A DNA stretch of 63,291 bases, the filler included, from Octopus bimaculoides (lineage: Eukaryota): assembly GCF_001194135.2 (NCBI RefSeq). It is 9 parts of 8 records of this genome, joined end to end, with 100 filler letters (N's around TTAATTAATTAA, not from the genome) between each part and the next. Parts side by side here need not be neighbours in the genome. Positions count along the whole stretch, not along the records: positions 1 to 8,504 come from NC_068990.1; positions 8,605 to 10,422 come from NC_068982.1; positions 10,523 to 28,820 come from NC_069006.1; 6 more parts are not named here. One strand, given 5' to 3'. The position numbers and the translations under genes are program-made. The notes below the pieces were generated by a model. The model did no database searches and was not told the DNA's origin. It saw only the letters and a list, made by a program, of their open reading frames with translations. Shown here one piece after another: positions 1-12,768 of the stretch (position 1 is its first letter; every line of letters begins with the position of its first letter).

Positions 1-57
1 AGAAGGGTATAGCAGTGAAGTAGAGGCCAGGACAGAGGTATAGATAGAAAGATGGAG

Positions 58-79
58 GAAGACAGATAGATAAATAGAT

Positions 80-122
<43 letters not shown>

Positions 123-123
123 G

Positions 124-182
<59 letters not shown>

Positions 183-196
183 CAGATAGATAGATA
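58..196. repeat. (AGAT)n tetranucleotide microsatellite
   Basis: Directly visible near-perfect GATA/AGAT run. Similar runs occur at ~45230-45338, 47340-47400 and 47808-47920. Confidence 0.95.
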
Positions 197-440
197 GAAA
201 GATAGTCACGTCAGAATAATAGTAGACTTACTTGCAAAAAAGGACGTGTGCGTTCAATAATGTAATAATACAAAGAATATATATACATGTATACACACAT
301 ATATGTACATACTTACATCTACATGTGTATATAAATATTCATATATTTTCAATGCTTTTCCAGCTGCATTTCTTTCTTCCGTACCTTTACTTGTTTGGAT
401 CAGTAACGATTTCTCCGTGTCTGTCATTCTCTCTCTATCT

Positions 441-488
<48 letters not shown>

Positions 489-2051
489 TTCCAAGAGTTA
501 AGGAGTGGAGTAGATAAAATCCGGGCTACATATGTCATGGTAAATATCCAAGCGAGGTGTACACCACAGGCTACTTTTCAGGCCAAGGACATCTTGATTA
601 AATGAAGTTTACTTTGTCGTTAGGAGGCCCATATTAAGGGATTGAAAAATTGAGAATGGTCACGTGGTGAGGTAAGGTAATTTTCGGTCTGTTTTTCTGC
701 TATGTCTGTGCACGAGGGTCATGTGTCAACCGCTCGGGAACGCGCTAATTAACGCCAAATAAATTATTATTTAGTGCCAGGTAATCTCTGATTGAAGAAC
801 AATCAGTATTTTCATAAGAAGGATTTTTCAGTACTTTATTTCTTAAAGTATAACGACAGAGTGCAATCAGAGGATGATTTGGTTGCTCTTTCTACAAGAT
901 CTGGCGACTATGATGAGACACTCTCATTAACCCGAGTAAAATTCGATGAAACAGAAACTTTCTTTCAGATTAAAAAGAAAGTAAAATCGCATGAGAAAGT
1001 CAAGGACATACAGAATAAGTCATGCGAGAAAGTAAGTTGTACGAGACGGTTAAGGACATACATAGAAAGTCGTACAAGAAGGTTTTAAGGACATTCAAAG
1101 AGAAGGAAAAGGGTACACAGATTAAGTTAAGGAAATGCATTGTACTGCCAATAATTATCCAATAATTATATATAAACAGTCAATCGATTAACAATTTGAA
1201 GTGGCTCCATGAAAGGCTGCAAAAATGCATTAAAACAATTCCTAAACCATCTGCCAAATATCCTCCAAATAATTATACCCAGCACTAGATTGTTTTTTTT
1301 AATTATCTAATAATATCAACAGAACAAATGTGACTAAAAGGACTAAAGGGGCTAAGGGGACTTTATCAAATATACTAGAAAATAGGGAACTGTTAATTAA
1401 ATGACTGATGTACAATTGTAAGCAAGTCCAAATTATCTCTTTTTTGTTATAGTTAAACTATAAGAGTCATTGAAATAACAAACAGCCGGGTTTCAAAAGG
1501 TAGGTACATCAATCATTACATCAGCAACAGTACAATAGTATTTAGAAATACATGTATATATATGTGTGCGTATATATTTATAGGAATGTATATAGATATT
1601 TATACATATATTATATATACATTATATGTGTGTGTGTGTGTGTGTCTGTGCGTGCGTGTGTGCGTACGTGCGTGTGTGGATATATGTATTTACTTATCCA
1701 TACACATATGTATAATACACATTCGCATATACATGTATATATAATATTCATACATATTTATATATATTATACACAGACACACACACACACACATATATAT
1801 GTGCGTATGTATACTTACAAGCATGACACTATCAACGGCTTTTCTGTCATCCATCTTGTAGAAGAGAAATGCTATAATTAAATACCTTAGCAGAAATGAA
1901 AATATATTTATAAAATAGTATTGCAACGAATGCATGAGTAACCAACGAATTCTTCACCAAACTGAGAAAATTATAAAGATCGTAACTTTCATCCTAACAC
2001 AAATCAATACCCCACAATTCCTTTTTGCAGCAGTGCTTTTGTTGTTGTTGC

Positions 2052-2121
<70 letters not shown>

Positions 2122-4742
2122 ATCTGGGATAGTTGATTGATCAAGTGAGAAAATTCATTATATTGACAACAAAATAAGAATGATTCTGACAACCAGTGCC
2201 AATTTACCAGTCAGTGTTCATAGAGTTTATATGAGAGATAAATAAGGTGTAAGAGGCTTCACATCAGTCCAGACAGTCTTTATGTGCTTTATGGTGACAT
2301 TTAGATGGAATCTTATGAGAAACTAAACTAAAAATGAATAACATCAGCTAAGCAGTCGTATCGTGCAAATTAGGAATGAATAAATGAATACTTTAGATTA
2401 GAAGAAACATCACATGTGAACACGGAACAGTTCTATGTCGTCTGAGACCTGGAATTAAATAACAGGGCTTATAACACCAACGAAATCGATGACGACAACA
2501 ACAGCGATAGCAACAATACCGATAGCAACGGTGTTCAGGAGTGCTGGAGTTACCATATGTACCGATCTTAATAAGGTGATATCAACAGATGCAAGATCAT
2601 GAATAGACGACCAGTAGCCAATTCCATCAAATTTCTTTTTTTCTTGGTGTTGTTGTTGGTGGTGTGTGGGACTATTGTTTAACCCCAGCCTAGCTCTAAT
2701 CGGTCAGGCCTGGAAACAAAAGCGTTCCAGTTATGACCATAGCAACTTTATTTTCTATGAGCAGAAAACCCGACAGCACATCGTCCAACATGTCTACTTT
2801 TTATGACGGTAGGATGTAAACGTGAGAAAAATTGAGCTGCTATTTTTAGACAGTTGAGCAAATTACGAAAGACTATTTCGGTAGGTATAACTTCGTTGTT
2901 GTACTGTTAAGGGTTTCTAGTGTGCACCAATACCTCATGAAATAGATAATTATCCATGGTTCCCTCATGCACTAAATACCGCATGAAATATATACATATA
3001 TTTATAGTAAGAAAAAGGGAGGAGGAGAATTTTGATTATCCCCACGTGGTCAGTTGTAATGCAATATATATATATATATATATATATATAAGAAGTAAAA
3101 TGCACACAGTTTACATAGTTTTAATATATTTTTAAGTTAAAGAGTATTGTGTTTGTCGACCGGTTTCGCTTTCGCTAATCATGACATTTAACCTATTTAA
3201 CTTTACATATATNNNNNNNNNNNNNNNNNNNNNNNNNNNNNNNNNNNNNNNNNNNNNNNNNNNNNNNNNNNNNNNNNNNNNNNNNNNNNNNNNNNNNNNN
3301 NNNNNNNNNNNNNNNNNNNNNNNNNNNNNNNNNNNNNNNNNNNNNNNNNNNNNNNNNNNNNNNNNNNNNNNNNNNNNNNNNNNNNNNNNNNNNNNNNNNN
3401 NNNNNNNNNNNNNNNNNNNNNNNNNNNNNNNNNNNNNNNNNNNNNNNNNNNNNNNNNNNNNNNNNNNNNNNNNNNNNNNNNNNNNNNNNNNNNNNNNNNN
3501 NNNNNNNNNNNNNNNNNNNNNNNNNNNNNNNNNNNNTATATATACATATATATATATATATATGTATGTATGTATTAACAAACTAGCTCATTAAAAAAAT
3601 CTCTATTAGAGACAAAAGTAGTTATTATACTGCGAAATAATGGTTATTGCAACCTAAACATGGGTGTTCTGCAAGAACAAACGATACTGCTATTCAACCC
3701 CAGGAAGACGCCTCCTCTAGCTTTTTAATTTGTGCGCTTTGCTCGACAAACGGGGAGAGACCTCCTTACTAATATACATATATATATATATTACAAAAAA
3801 AACTGAATCAAAATTTGTTGGCGTTGTTAGAGTGGTGACCTGATCCGGAACTAGAGTGGACTCAGCTGAAATACGCCTAGCTCCAAATGGTGTAGTTAAA
3901 GCTTGCAATGAATTAAGTTTACCGCCTGAGAATATGCACATATGAGGACCCATCTGTCTCCCTCTAAACCACAGTGTATCCACCGGATATGAGTTGACTC
4001 AAGGCTACAGTGGAAGGGATTCCAAGTACGCGGATTAAATTCAAAGCAAATGTGGTTGCGATGAGCATGAGATATGCCCTATCTACTCAACCAAACCGTA
4101 TTTCGTTTATCTTCAGATCTGCTATATTCATCAGAATAGTATAACAACTGTCTGAATGAAACTGCAAACGCCGAGATTGTTTGCTGATGACGTGGTCTCG
4201 TTAACTGGAACCACTTATCATAGAAACAAGATTAAATATGTTTACATAAACATAATAGATTACTTCATTTCTAATGTGGTGAAAAGTGTAATTAAACACA
4301 TAGATATTACAGTAATTTATATTTTAGATGTACAGATACGCCGGCATCATCATATCTGAACATGTCTGACGTATGTACATCGTATTTCTGTATATAGCTG
4401 TGTGTTTGTGGCGAATATTTGGCAAATTAGAGTGTTTTGTGTCTCTATATATATGTCACTGCAAACCGCAATACTGTGGTGATTCAGCATAAAATACAAA
4501 CTTGACATAAACCAACTGACCGACTGGTGTTGCAAGAATTGTGAACTCAGAAAGCATGAAGTATTGTGGCTTCAGAATCCGTATATCACCGAGGAGTAAT
4601 AATTATATTTTGAAACCTTAGGGAACTCGAAATTAGAAGCATTAGCATTTCTAAAAGCAGTGATTTTCTCCTTATTCCTGACAACATATTCTATTGCTAT
4701 TTGTATATAACTATATAACTTTGTGTTTGTGAGTGAGGATTC

Positions 4743-4782
<40 letters not shown>

Positions 4783-4794
4783 TGTATGTATATA

Positions 4795-4827
<33 letters not shown>

Positions 4828-5384
4828 ACAAGTATGATTATTATATCACATTCATATATATACATGCACATATACATATAAATGCATCACAAATATAGAT
4901 AGAGAGAAGTGTTAGCATATATACACACATATATATATATATATTTTCATGCATACATGCATATATAATGCATGCATATATATATATATATATATACATT
5001 AATGTACATACATGCATATATATATACATACATCCGTGTGCATATGTGAGTGTATGTGTATACTGGAATATTGGCAAATATGTATATATACACACATACA
5101 GAGACACACGGTGTATATAAGTGTATATAACAATAGGTAGACCTTTATACCAGATTTAAAATACTAATCCTTCTTGAGGCATGGATTAGGATTAGAAATT
5201 AATTTGCTGAATAAGTATAAATATGCGTAAGTGCTCAGAGAGGCAAAACACAGTAAAACTACAAAGTAAAACACATTCGGGTATACGCAAATCCTCACAT
5301 AAACACGCTACCCTGTTTTGCTTGACAATCTGTAGTTGATCCAACATATTTTCTCAAAGTATATGCTGTTTGTCTGTCTGTCTA

Positions 5385-5731
5385 TTATCATTATTATTCA
5401 GTAGTTTTATTTTTATAGCGTGCTTTCACTTCACTACCGAGCGCAGCTCTGTGTGCCTTGGGTATATGCTGTGATTTGCTGTGATGCTCTTATGGTTACT
5501 GTATTGAAAGTGTTTTGCGTACGATGTTTGCAGTGCCCAGTAGTGCAATTTTCTGTATGTTATATATATTTGTAAGTCCTGGTGTTTTTGTTATATATTT
5601 GTCTGAGTATTTTTTTTATTATACCTAAGGCACCTACTATGATAGGAATTGTTTCTGTTTTTAGATTCCTCATTCGAGTTACCTCTATTTCCAGGTCTTT
5701 GTATTTTGAAAGTTTCTCCATTTCTTTTAGG
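5385..5731 (-). mobile_element. 3' end fragment of R4/Dong-like (RLE-type) non-LTR retrotransposon, copy 1
   Basis: Nearly identical to 6043-6340 and 10200-10422. The minus strand reads the C-terminal IIVGALG...IQKIALLGTANIVRK motif region and ends in an ATT-type tract. Confidence 0.7.
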
Positions 5732-6042
5732 GNNNNNNNNNNNNNNNNNNNNNNNNNNNNNNNNNNNNNNNNNNNNNNNNNNNNNNNNNNNNNNNNNNNN
5801 NNNNNNNNNNNNNNNNNNNNNNNNNNNNNNNNNNNNNNNNNNNNNNNNNNNNNNNNNNNNNNNNNNNNNNNNNNNNNNNNNNNNNNNNNNNNNNNNNNNN
5901 NNNNNNNNNNNNNNNNNNNNNNNNNNNNNNNNNNNNNNNNNNNNNNNNNNNNNNNNNNNNNNNNNNNNNNNNNNNNNNNNNNNNNNNNNNNNNNNNNNNN
6001 NNNNNNNNNNNNNNNNNNNNNNNNNNNNNNNNNNNNNNNNNN

Positions 6043-6340
6043 CTATTATCATTATTATTCAGTAGTTTTATTTTTATAGCGTGCTTTCACTTCACTACCG
6101 AGCGCAGCTCTGTGTGCCTTGGGTATATGCTGTGATTTGCTGTGATGCTCTTATGGTTACTGTATTGAAAGTGTTTTGCGTACGATGTTTGCAGTGCCCA
6201 GTAGTGCAATTTTCTGTATGTTATATATATTTGTAAGTCCTGGTGTTTTTGTTATGTATTTGTCTGAATATTTTTTTATTATACCTAAGGCACCTACTAT
6301 GATAGGAATTGCTTCTGTTTTTAGACTCCACATTCGAGTT
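6043..6340 (-). mobile_element. 3' end fragment of R4/Dong-like retrotransposon, copy 2
   Basis: ORF track 6157-6492 (-) gives TRMWSLKTEAIPIIVGALGIIKKYSDKYITKTPGLTNIYNIQKIALLGTANIVRKTLSIQ, the typical tail after the RLE domain in R4/Dong elements. Flanked by (ATT)n. Confidence 0.75.
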
Positions 6341-6341
6341 A

Positions 6342-6461
<120 letters not shown>

Positions 6462-6559
6462 TAAGGCGGTGAGCTGGCAGAATCGTTAGCACAGCGGGTG
6501 AGCAGGAACAGCTAAATGTATTGGTTAACAGTCAACGGTATTGCAGAGCTTAGAAATTA

Positions 6560-6960
6560 AAGTTGCAGTTGAGAAAATGTCAGCTGATATGGAGGACTGG
6601 AAGCCATCTGAATATTGGAAAAGAGTTAGCTTTCTCATGATGGCTCACGCCGGGCATTAAAATGTCGACGTCATGAGTGCTGCTCAATTCTCTGTGAACT
6701 GTACAAAGGATGTAAGACGTGATATGGATATCATGAAAAGCGAGTGTCCCCGAACATGATGGTGTTGGGTGTGCCTCCAGTTTGGGTGACGTCATGCCAC
6801 CTCACATCTTTGAACAGGGTCATAGACTCAATTCTGACGGCTACGTTAAGCTGCTGGAGACTCTAGAGGGTTGCTGCTTGAAGGCCATGTGTGGCAGAAA
6901 TTCGGTGCTTTGCCATACCTCCGAGGTAGTTGTCGGAGAATTACTACGACTTCACCTGCC
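6560..6960 (+). mobile_element. Degenerate Tc1/mariner-superfamily (maT/DD37D-like) transposase fragment
   Basis: Translates as ...GDVMPPHIFEQGHRLNSDGYVKLLET...CHTS...ENYYDFT, resembling the catalytic region of DD37D-type transposases. Internally deleted and frameshifted. Confidence 0.55.
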
Positions 6961-8455
6961 ATAGTTTCTAGTCTCTTAATTCTTTTAATTGCAATTCCAT
7001 AGATTACTACGTATGGGGCACCAAGATCAAGGGCGTATTTAGAAATTTTCCCAAGGACAGGGTTGAGTGGGGCTACTTTAAGTAAACAGTTATCTCCCTG
7101 CCATAACCTAGATGCTATATTTTGATTTTTAAAAAATACTGCATATGTATATGCACACACNNNNNNNNNNNNNNNNNNNNNNNNNNNNNNNNNNNNNNNN
7201 NNNNNNNNNNNNNNNNNNNNNNNNNNNNNNNNNNNNNNNNNNNNNNNNNNNNNNNNNNNNNNNNNNNNNNNNNNNNNNNNNNNNNNNNNNNNNNNNNNNN
7301 NNNNNNNNNNNNNNNNNNNNNNNNNNNNNNNNNNNNNNNNNNNNNNNNNNNNNNNNNNNNNNNNNNNNNNNNNNNNNNNNNNNNNNNNNNNNNNNNNNNN
7401 NNNNAATGATTAAGAGTAGGGAGACTTGTACATTCACAATATTTTTTATAGGTTGAGCTATATTAAATGTTAGAGACAGAAACCTAACCGTTTTCTGGAA
7501 TACATACCATTGCATACATATAAAGGGAAATTTTTTCAGGGGCCCTTAAAATACTATTGTGAATCTCCAATTTACTATTTTGTTGCGTGGACCCCCAAAG
7601 TCTTATATGGACCTTCAGGGGTCATATTGATTCCGGTTGAGAACCAACGAATTAAACCGATCACAGTATTTAACTAGTTCTTATTTTATCAATCCCGGAA
7701 GAATGGAGTGTGAAATAAATCACCTTCTGCAGGATTGGAACGCAGAATGTAAGAGAGCCGTGATACGATATCACAAGGCATTTATCTCGATGCTCTAGCG
7801 ATTCTACAAAAGCGATATTGCCGTCACCAACAATTTATAAACAAAACAACAAGGAGACCTTGTTCGTTGCGACATGGGAGGAATGGAATTCGGTCAGGGT
7901 AAATATTGGAATGTGACAGTAAAGCGATGCGGAATGGTGAAACAGAGACTAAATTTTACAGTCAGTGAGTGACCTAACAATTCATGTGTCCTTGATGACA
8001 AATGTTACAAGTACTTCAGTAACCATATGAGCGTCACCTTCATTACTGTGTACGAAGATCAGAATGACACAGACTTGTATCTGTTTTTGTTATCTTTTAG
8101 TTTTACTTGTTTCAGTCATTAGACTGTAGCTACGCTAGAGCAACGCCTCCAAGAATATTTTTTAGTCGAAGGAATCAACTGCAGTACTTTATTTTTTAAG
8201 CCTGATACTTATTCTGTGGGTCACTTTTGCCGAATTGTAAGTTGCGGGGACTCAAGCACGGCAACAGCAATTGTCAAACAGTGGTGGGGGCACACAGTCA
8301 CAAAGACACACATCTCGTACACGCGCGCACGCACACACACACACACACACGAGGGGCTCTTTTCAGTTTCCCTCCACCAAATCAACCCGAGGCTACATTA
8401 TCACGTAGTGGGATTGAACACAGTTGGGAAGCCAGTTTCTTACCACACAACCACG

Positions 8456-8504
<49 letters not shown>

Positions 8505-8604
8505 NNNNNNNNNNNNNNNNNNNNNNNNNNNNNNNNNNNNNNNNNNNNTTAATTAATTAANNNNNNNNNNNNNNNNNNNNNNNNNNNNNNNNNNNNNNNN
8601 NNNN
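8505..8604. other. Assembly gap with artificial six-frame stop linker (first of eight)
   Basis: 44 N + TTAATTAATTAA + 44 N. Linkers at 8549, 10467, 28865, 40148, 45510, 48956, 56584 and 61158. Confidence 0.95.
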
Positions 8605-8605
8605 A

Positions 8606-8935
8606 ATCGAAGTCGGATGTAGAGGATTTGTAGGAAACAGTGTGAAACGACTGCTGTTATCGTTAGGCCTAACTCATCGGAAGGTAAATACCACCATTAC
8701 CGATATCCAAACTACAGTGGAGAAGGCTAGCCACTGGATTTGGTTAAAAAGAGACGATGAGCGATGGCTAGAGAAATATTGAGCTTTGTTTAATAATCAG
8801 TTGATCTAGCAAGCGGGGCCTCATATCAGTGAGGGGGGCCGGTGTGCATTGATGCCGTCGAGAGGTAGACCCCGAAACAGCGCGCATTCTCTCCTGATGA
8901 CCCTATACACTTGCTCGCTTCCGCTATACGGAGTT
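8606..8935 (+). mobile_element. 3' end of Hero-like (R2 superfamily) non-LTR retrotransposon
   Basis: Manual translation of 8606-8782 is stop-free: IEVGCRGFVGNSVKRLLLSLGLTHRKVNTTITDIQTTVEKASHWIWLKRDDERWLEKY*. EVGCRGFV and ASxWIWLKR are Hero-type C-terminal motifs. The 5' side is cut by a gap, and a GC-rich 3'UTR follows. Confidence 0.7.
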
Positions 8936-8939
8936 CTTG

Positions 8940-9960
8940 ACTGGTAGCACTTGCATGTGCAAGTTGTTTGCAAGACACATACCCACTATCCTCAAGGTCA
9001 CCAATTCACTTTCCATCAGTTAATTCAATCCAACTACAACTTACAATCCTGCCTCTCTTCATAGTCAGCATGGCATACTTTGCAAATACCAAACTTCATC
9101 CCAATGTCTTTATAGCACCAATAAACATTTCTTACTAGTGAATCAATTTTTATTTTTCCTCAGGAGCTTCAGATCATCCATGAAAAGTAGATGACTTACC
9201 TTAGTTCCTCTGTTTTCTTTCTGATAACCACTATAGTGTCCCGTAAGATCATCAACAATGGAACCATGGTGATCGCAATAAGCAATAATAACAATGAATA
9301 TCCTTAGAAGATTCCTCTTCTTATATTGACCATATCCAGGTGTGTATTTCTTACATACTCCGTTACTTTAATAACACAGTCTGCCAATCCAGATATTCCC
9401 AAACATTTCAGTGCTCACATGGGGTTACATGAAAGGCTTTAGCCCGGATAGACATTATTGTTGTTGTTGTTGTACATTTCAGTTCTGAGAGCTCTCGATT
9501 TCACTTGCTCCGGCTAATCTCGTAAGAGCAGACAACAAATTGCTATCGACGATCTCTGAGTGTCTTCTTCCACGATACTTAGCATCCAAGTACCAGTCTC
9601 AAAATCCCCGCTGTCCCCAAATAAAGCAGTTTTTTGAGCATGTTCTGCCCTTATATCAATCCCAATTTCTCCAACAAATTTCTCAAACCTGGATGTTTAT
9701 GTCCCCAATACCCCTACAACTACCCAGATAACAGTGACTTCCTTCATTGGCCACATTCGTGCAATCTCATCTTTCTGTGGCTTGTACTTCTCAGTTCTTT
9801 GTCATCCACTTGCACAATATTTAATGATCTTGGTTTCTTTCACCATTCTATCAACTACAACAATGTCTGGTCTCCGAGCATCAATCACTGAATCACACTG
9901 GATTGCAAATCTCACAAGATCTTATACTCATTATCCTCGGTGACACCTGGTTTATGCTAG
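8940..9960 (-). mobile_element. Degenerate R4/Dong-like reverse transcriptase fragment
   Basis: The minus strand near 9160-9200 reads VSHLLFMDDLKLL (the YxDD RT motif in R4/Dong context). Surrounding frames are broken by stops. Confidence 0.65.
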
Positions 9961-10135
9961 TACCATTTCAATGTCCTTTCTGTACGTTCTGAGTTCAAAT
10001 TCCGCCGAGGCTGACTTTACCTTTCATCCTTTAAGAGTCCATAAAATAAGTCCCAACTGAGCACTGAGGTCGATTTAATCGATTTATCCCCTCCCTAGCT
10101 ATTAATGGCCTTGTGCCTATAGCAGAAAGCGTTTG

Positions 10136-10199
<64 letters not shown>

Positions 10200-10206
<7 letters not shown>

Positions 10207-10422
10207 GTTCAGTAGTTTTATTTTTATAACGTGCTTTCACTTCACTACCGAGCGTAACTCTGTGTGCCTTGGGTATGTGCTGTGGTTTGCTGTGATGCTC
10301 TTATGGTTACTGTATTGAAAGTGTTTTGCGTAGGATGTGTGCAGTACCCAGTAGTGCAATTTTCTGTATGTTATATATATTTGTAAGTCCTGGTGTTTTT
10401 GTTATGTATTTGTCTGAATATT
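10200..10422 (-). mobile_element. 3' end fragment of R4/Dong-like retrotransposon, copy 3
   Basis: Same sequence as 6060-6280 with few substitutions. Abuts an (ATC)n(ATT)n tract and is cut by a gap. Confidence 0.7.
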
Positions 10423-10522
10423 NNNNNNNNNNNNNNNNNNNNNNNNNNNNNNNNNNNNNNNNNNNNTTAATTAATTAANNNNNNNNNNNNNNNNNNNNNN
10501 NNNNNNNNNNNNNNNNNNNNNN

Positions 10523-10558
<36 letters not shown>

Positions 10559-10734
10559 TATACATATATACATACATACTTATTTTCATACATATATGCA
10601 TACATATATATATTGAAGTGTGTTAAATATAATTGAACACATTTTTGTTTTGTTTTTGTGTTTTTATCTCATTTCTTTTGTTGTTGTTGTTGCTTGTTGC
10701 TATAATCATTTTGCACCGTTGTACTGCTGTTACT

Positions 10735-10750
10735 GGTGACCCGGAAGCGA
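10735..10750 (+). promoter_or_regulatory. ETS-type (CCGGAAG) motif ~85 nt upstream of the FADD start
   Basis: GTGACCCGGAAGCG at 10736-10749. The position is compatible with a TATA-less core promoter. Motif match only. Confidence 0.4.
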
Positions 10751-10828
10751 TTTTCCTGTTTTCTATGTAAAGGATTTTTTTTTTTTTTTTTTTCTTTCAC
10801 AAAGTTAGAAAGTTTTTTTACTCGCGCG

Positions 10829-11392
10829 ATGGCAGATGTATACAATGAAATGTTGGAAAAGCTGAGCAGTAATATCTCAGATAACAATCTACAAGCAATG
10901 AAGAATCATTGCAAGGGTACAATTCCACAGAGTAAACTAGAAGATATTAAGAATGGTTACAGTTTCTTCGAAGTGCTTGAAGAAGAAGATAAACTTGGCC
11001 CCTTCAGACTCGATTTCTTGAAAAACACATTTCATGCATGTAAACTACAGACGTTTGCGGAATTTGTCGATTATTTTGAGAAGAATAGAAAACTTTCAGA
11101 TAAAATATTTAATTCCTCGATTCTCGATGATGCGATCAGTTACGTGGTGAAACATATAGGCTCAAGAGACTGGAGGTTTTTGGTTCGCGATTTGGGCGTC
11201 AGTGAAACAGACATTAGTTATATTGCTGATGAAAACCCCAGAAATGTACGCGAACAGATCTACCAGTGTTTCCTGTTGTGGAAGTCGACACAAGGATCGA
11301 ATGCTACCATACACAGGTTGACACAAATTTTAAATAAAATGCATCGAAACGATATTTTAGAAGGATTAAAGAAACTCAACGGGCAACATTAA
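10829..11392 (+). CDS. FADD: FAS-associated death domain protein (N-terminal DED + C-terminal death domain), 187 aa, single coding exon
   Basis: ATG at 10829 (GCGCGATGG). The DED (MADVYNEML...KLEDIKNGYSFFEVLEE...FVDYFE) aligns gaplessly with the human FADD DED. The DD (LDDAISYVVKHIGSRDWRFLVRDLGVSETDI...NPRNVREQIYQCFLLWK...NATIHRL) matches the FADD DD pattern. The 31 upstream codons in the ORF track come from a poly-T tract and are probably untranslated. Confidence 0.9.
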   Translation: MADVYNEMLEKLSSNISDNNLQAMKNHCKGTIPQSKLEDIKNGYSFFEVLEEEDKLGPFRLDFLKNTFHACKLQTFAEFVDYFEKNRKLSDKIFNSSILDDAISYVVKHIGSRDWRFLVRDLGVSETDISYIADENPRNVREQIYQCFLLWKSTQGSNATIHRLTQILNKMHRNDILEGLKKLNGQH

Positions 11393-12723
11393 ATGGTTTT
11401 AATTGATTCTATTAGTTTGTATAAAAATCTAACCAAGTGTCCTCAGTCCTCACCCTCTTTTCACCGGATATGTTGTTATTATTAACGTGTCGGGTGAAAT
11501 GCTTTACATTATTTCTTCCGGGTTTACATTCTAAATTCGGATGCTGCCAGGATCGACTTTACCATTCATCCTTTCGGAATCGGAAAAATAAGTATCCGTT
11601 TAAATACTGAGATCGAACTGACTTTTTCTTCTCCCCTAAAATTTCAAAACTTTTACCATAATTACAAAAAAATTATGTTGTTATTGCATGGCATTACTCC
11701 TACTTAGACATCAACTGACAGCCTTTGAATCAATATGTAACTTCTACCTATTAAATCTAACATAATATAATATAATACAATAATGATATAATATATATAT
11801 TCATGTATTTAATTCTGTTTTATTTCTACAAACGTACACACCTATCTGTCTATCTATCTATACACGAACTTAACGAACTGTTACCTTCACAGCCTTTAAT
11901 TTTTCATGTTAACTCGTCGTTATCAAATGATTCTGTTATTGTTTCATATTCTTGTTATTTAGCCACCACTTCTTGGGTCCAAGTACGTTCCCTTGGTGAT
12001 TAGCCCTGTACATAATGTGTATATATGATGGGATCCAGACACACTGTTGATTTGGGCCTACGATTTTAATGAGATTTTCTCTCGGCGAAGAAGTGGGTGG
12101 AGTATTAGTAAAGTATTTCATTTTTCATATACCGTTTTTAGTTTTTATATTCTGTGGTAAGTACATCATGTACTTTACATATATATATATACCTGTAACT
12201 CATACATGTAATGTCTTTATGTAACATTAATTAAATGCAACAGGAAATGGTTTCAGAAAGTAGTGGGTATGCTAATCTCCACGAGGATATGATGGCCGTT
12301 GGGTTGCACTTCAAGTACCCGTTTTAACTATATACCCGTTTTAACTGTTGATATATATATATATATATATCGATATGTGTGTGTGTGTGTGTGTGTGTTA
12401 TATTCAGTGACTTTTATAAAATATTACCGGTTTCGGTATGTATTTCCGTGAATCTGCTCAAATATTAAAAGTTCGAAATCAAGGAATTAGGAAAAAGTTT
12501 AGGAATTCAGAACAAATTAGTAAACTAATATCACAAATATACAAACACTTGTCTTGTCCGATTAAATAAAAAGAAAAGCTCTTTAAACTTACTTCCACCG
12601 CTGTACCCACCTTTACTTTTAACCTATATACATACATATATATATATATATATAAAGTTTAAAAAGATATTCGTTCTAATGCTTTAGAATGTGCTTCTTT
12701 GTTGGATATATGAATTACCGAAG

Positions 12724-12768
<45 letters not shown>

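Noticed and set aside
232-2192. YIYI, HTHT, poly-L and poly-I ORFs
   Set aside because: Translations of (TA)n, (CA)n and (ATT)n repeats. The same applies throughout the window.
8870-8903. Hammerhead in the Hero 3'UTR (CCCGAAAC ... CTGATGACCC)
   Set aside because: Both half-cores are present, but the would-be stem II strands (CCCC and CCC) cannot pair and there is no suitable stem III/NUH.
10736-10828. 31-residue N-terminal extension of FADD
   Set aside because: It starts at a non-ATG codon and is mostly poly-T-encoded Phe. Homology begins at ATG 10829.
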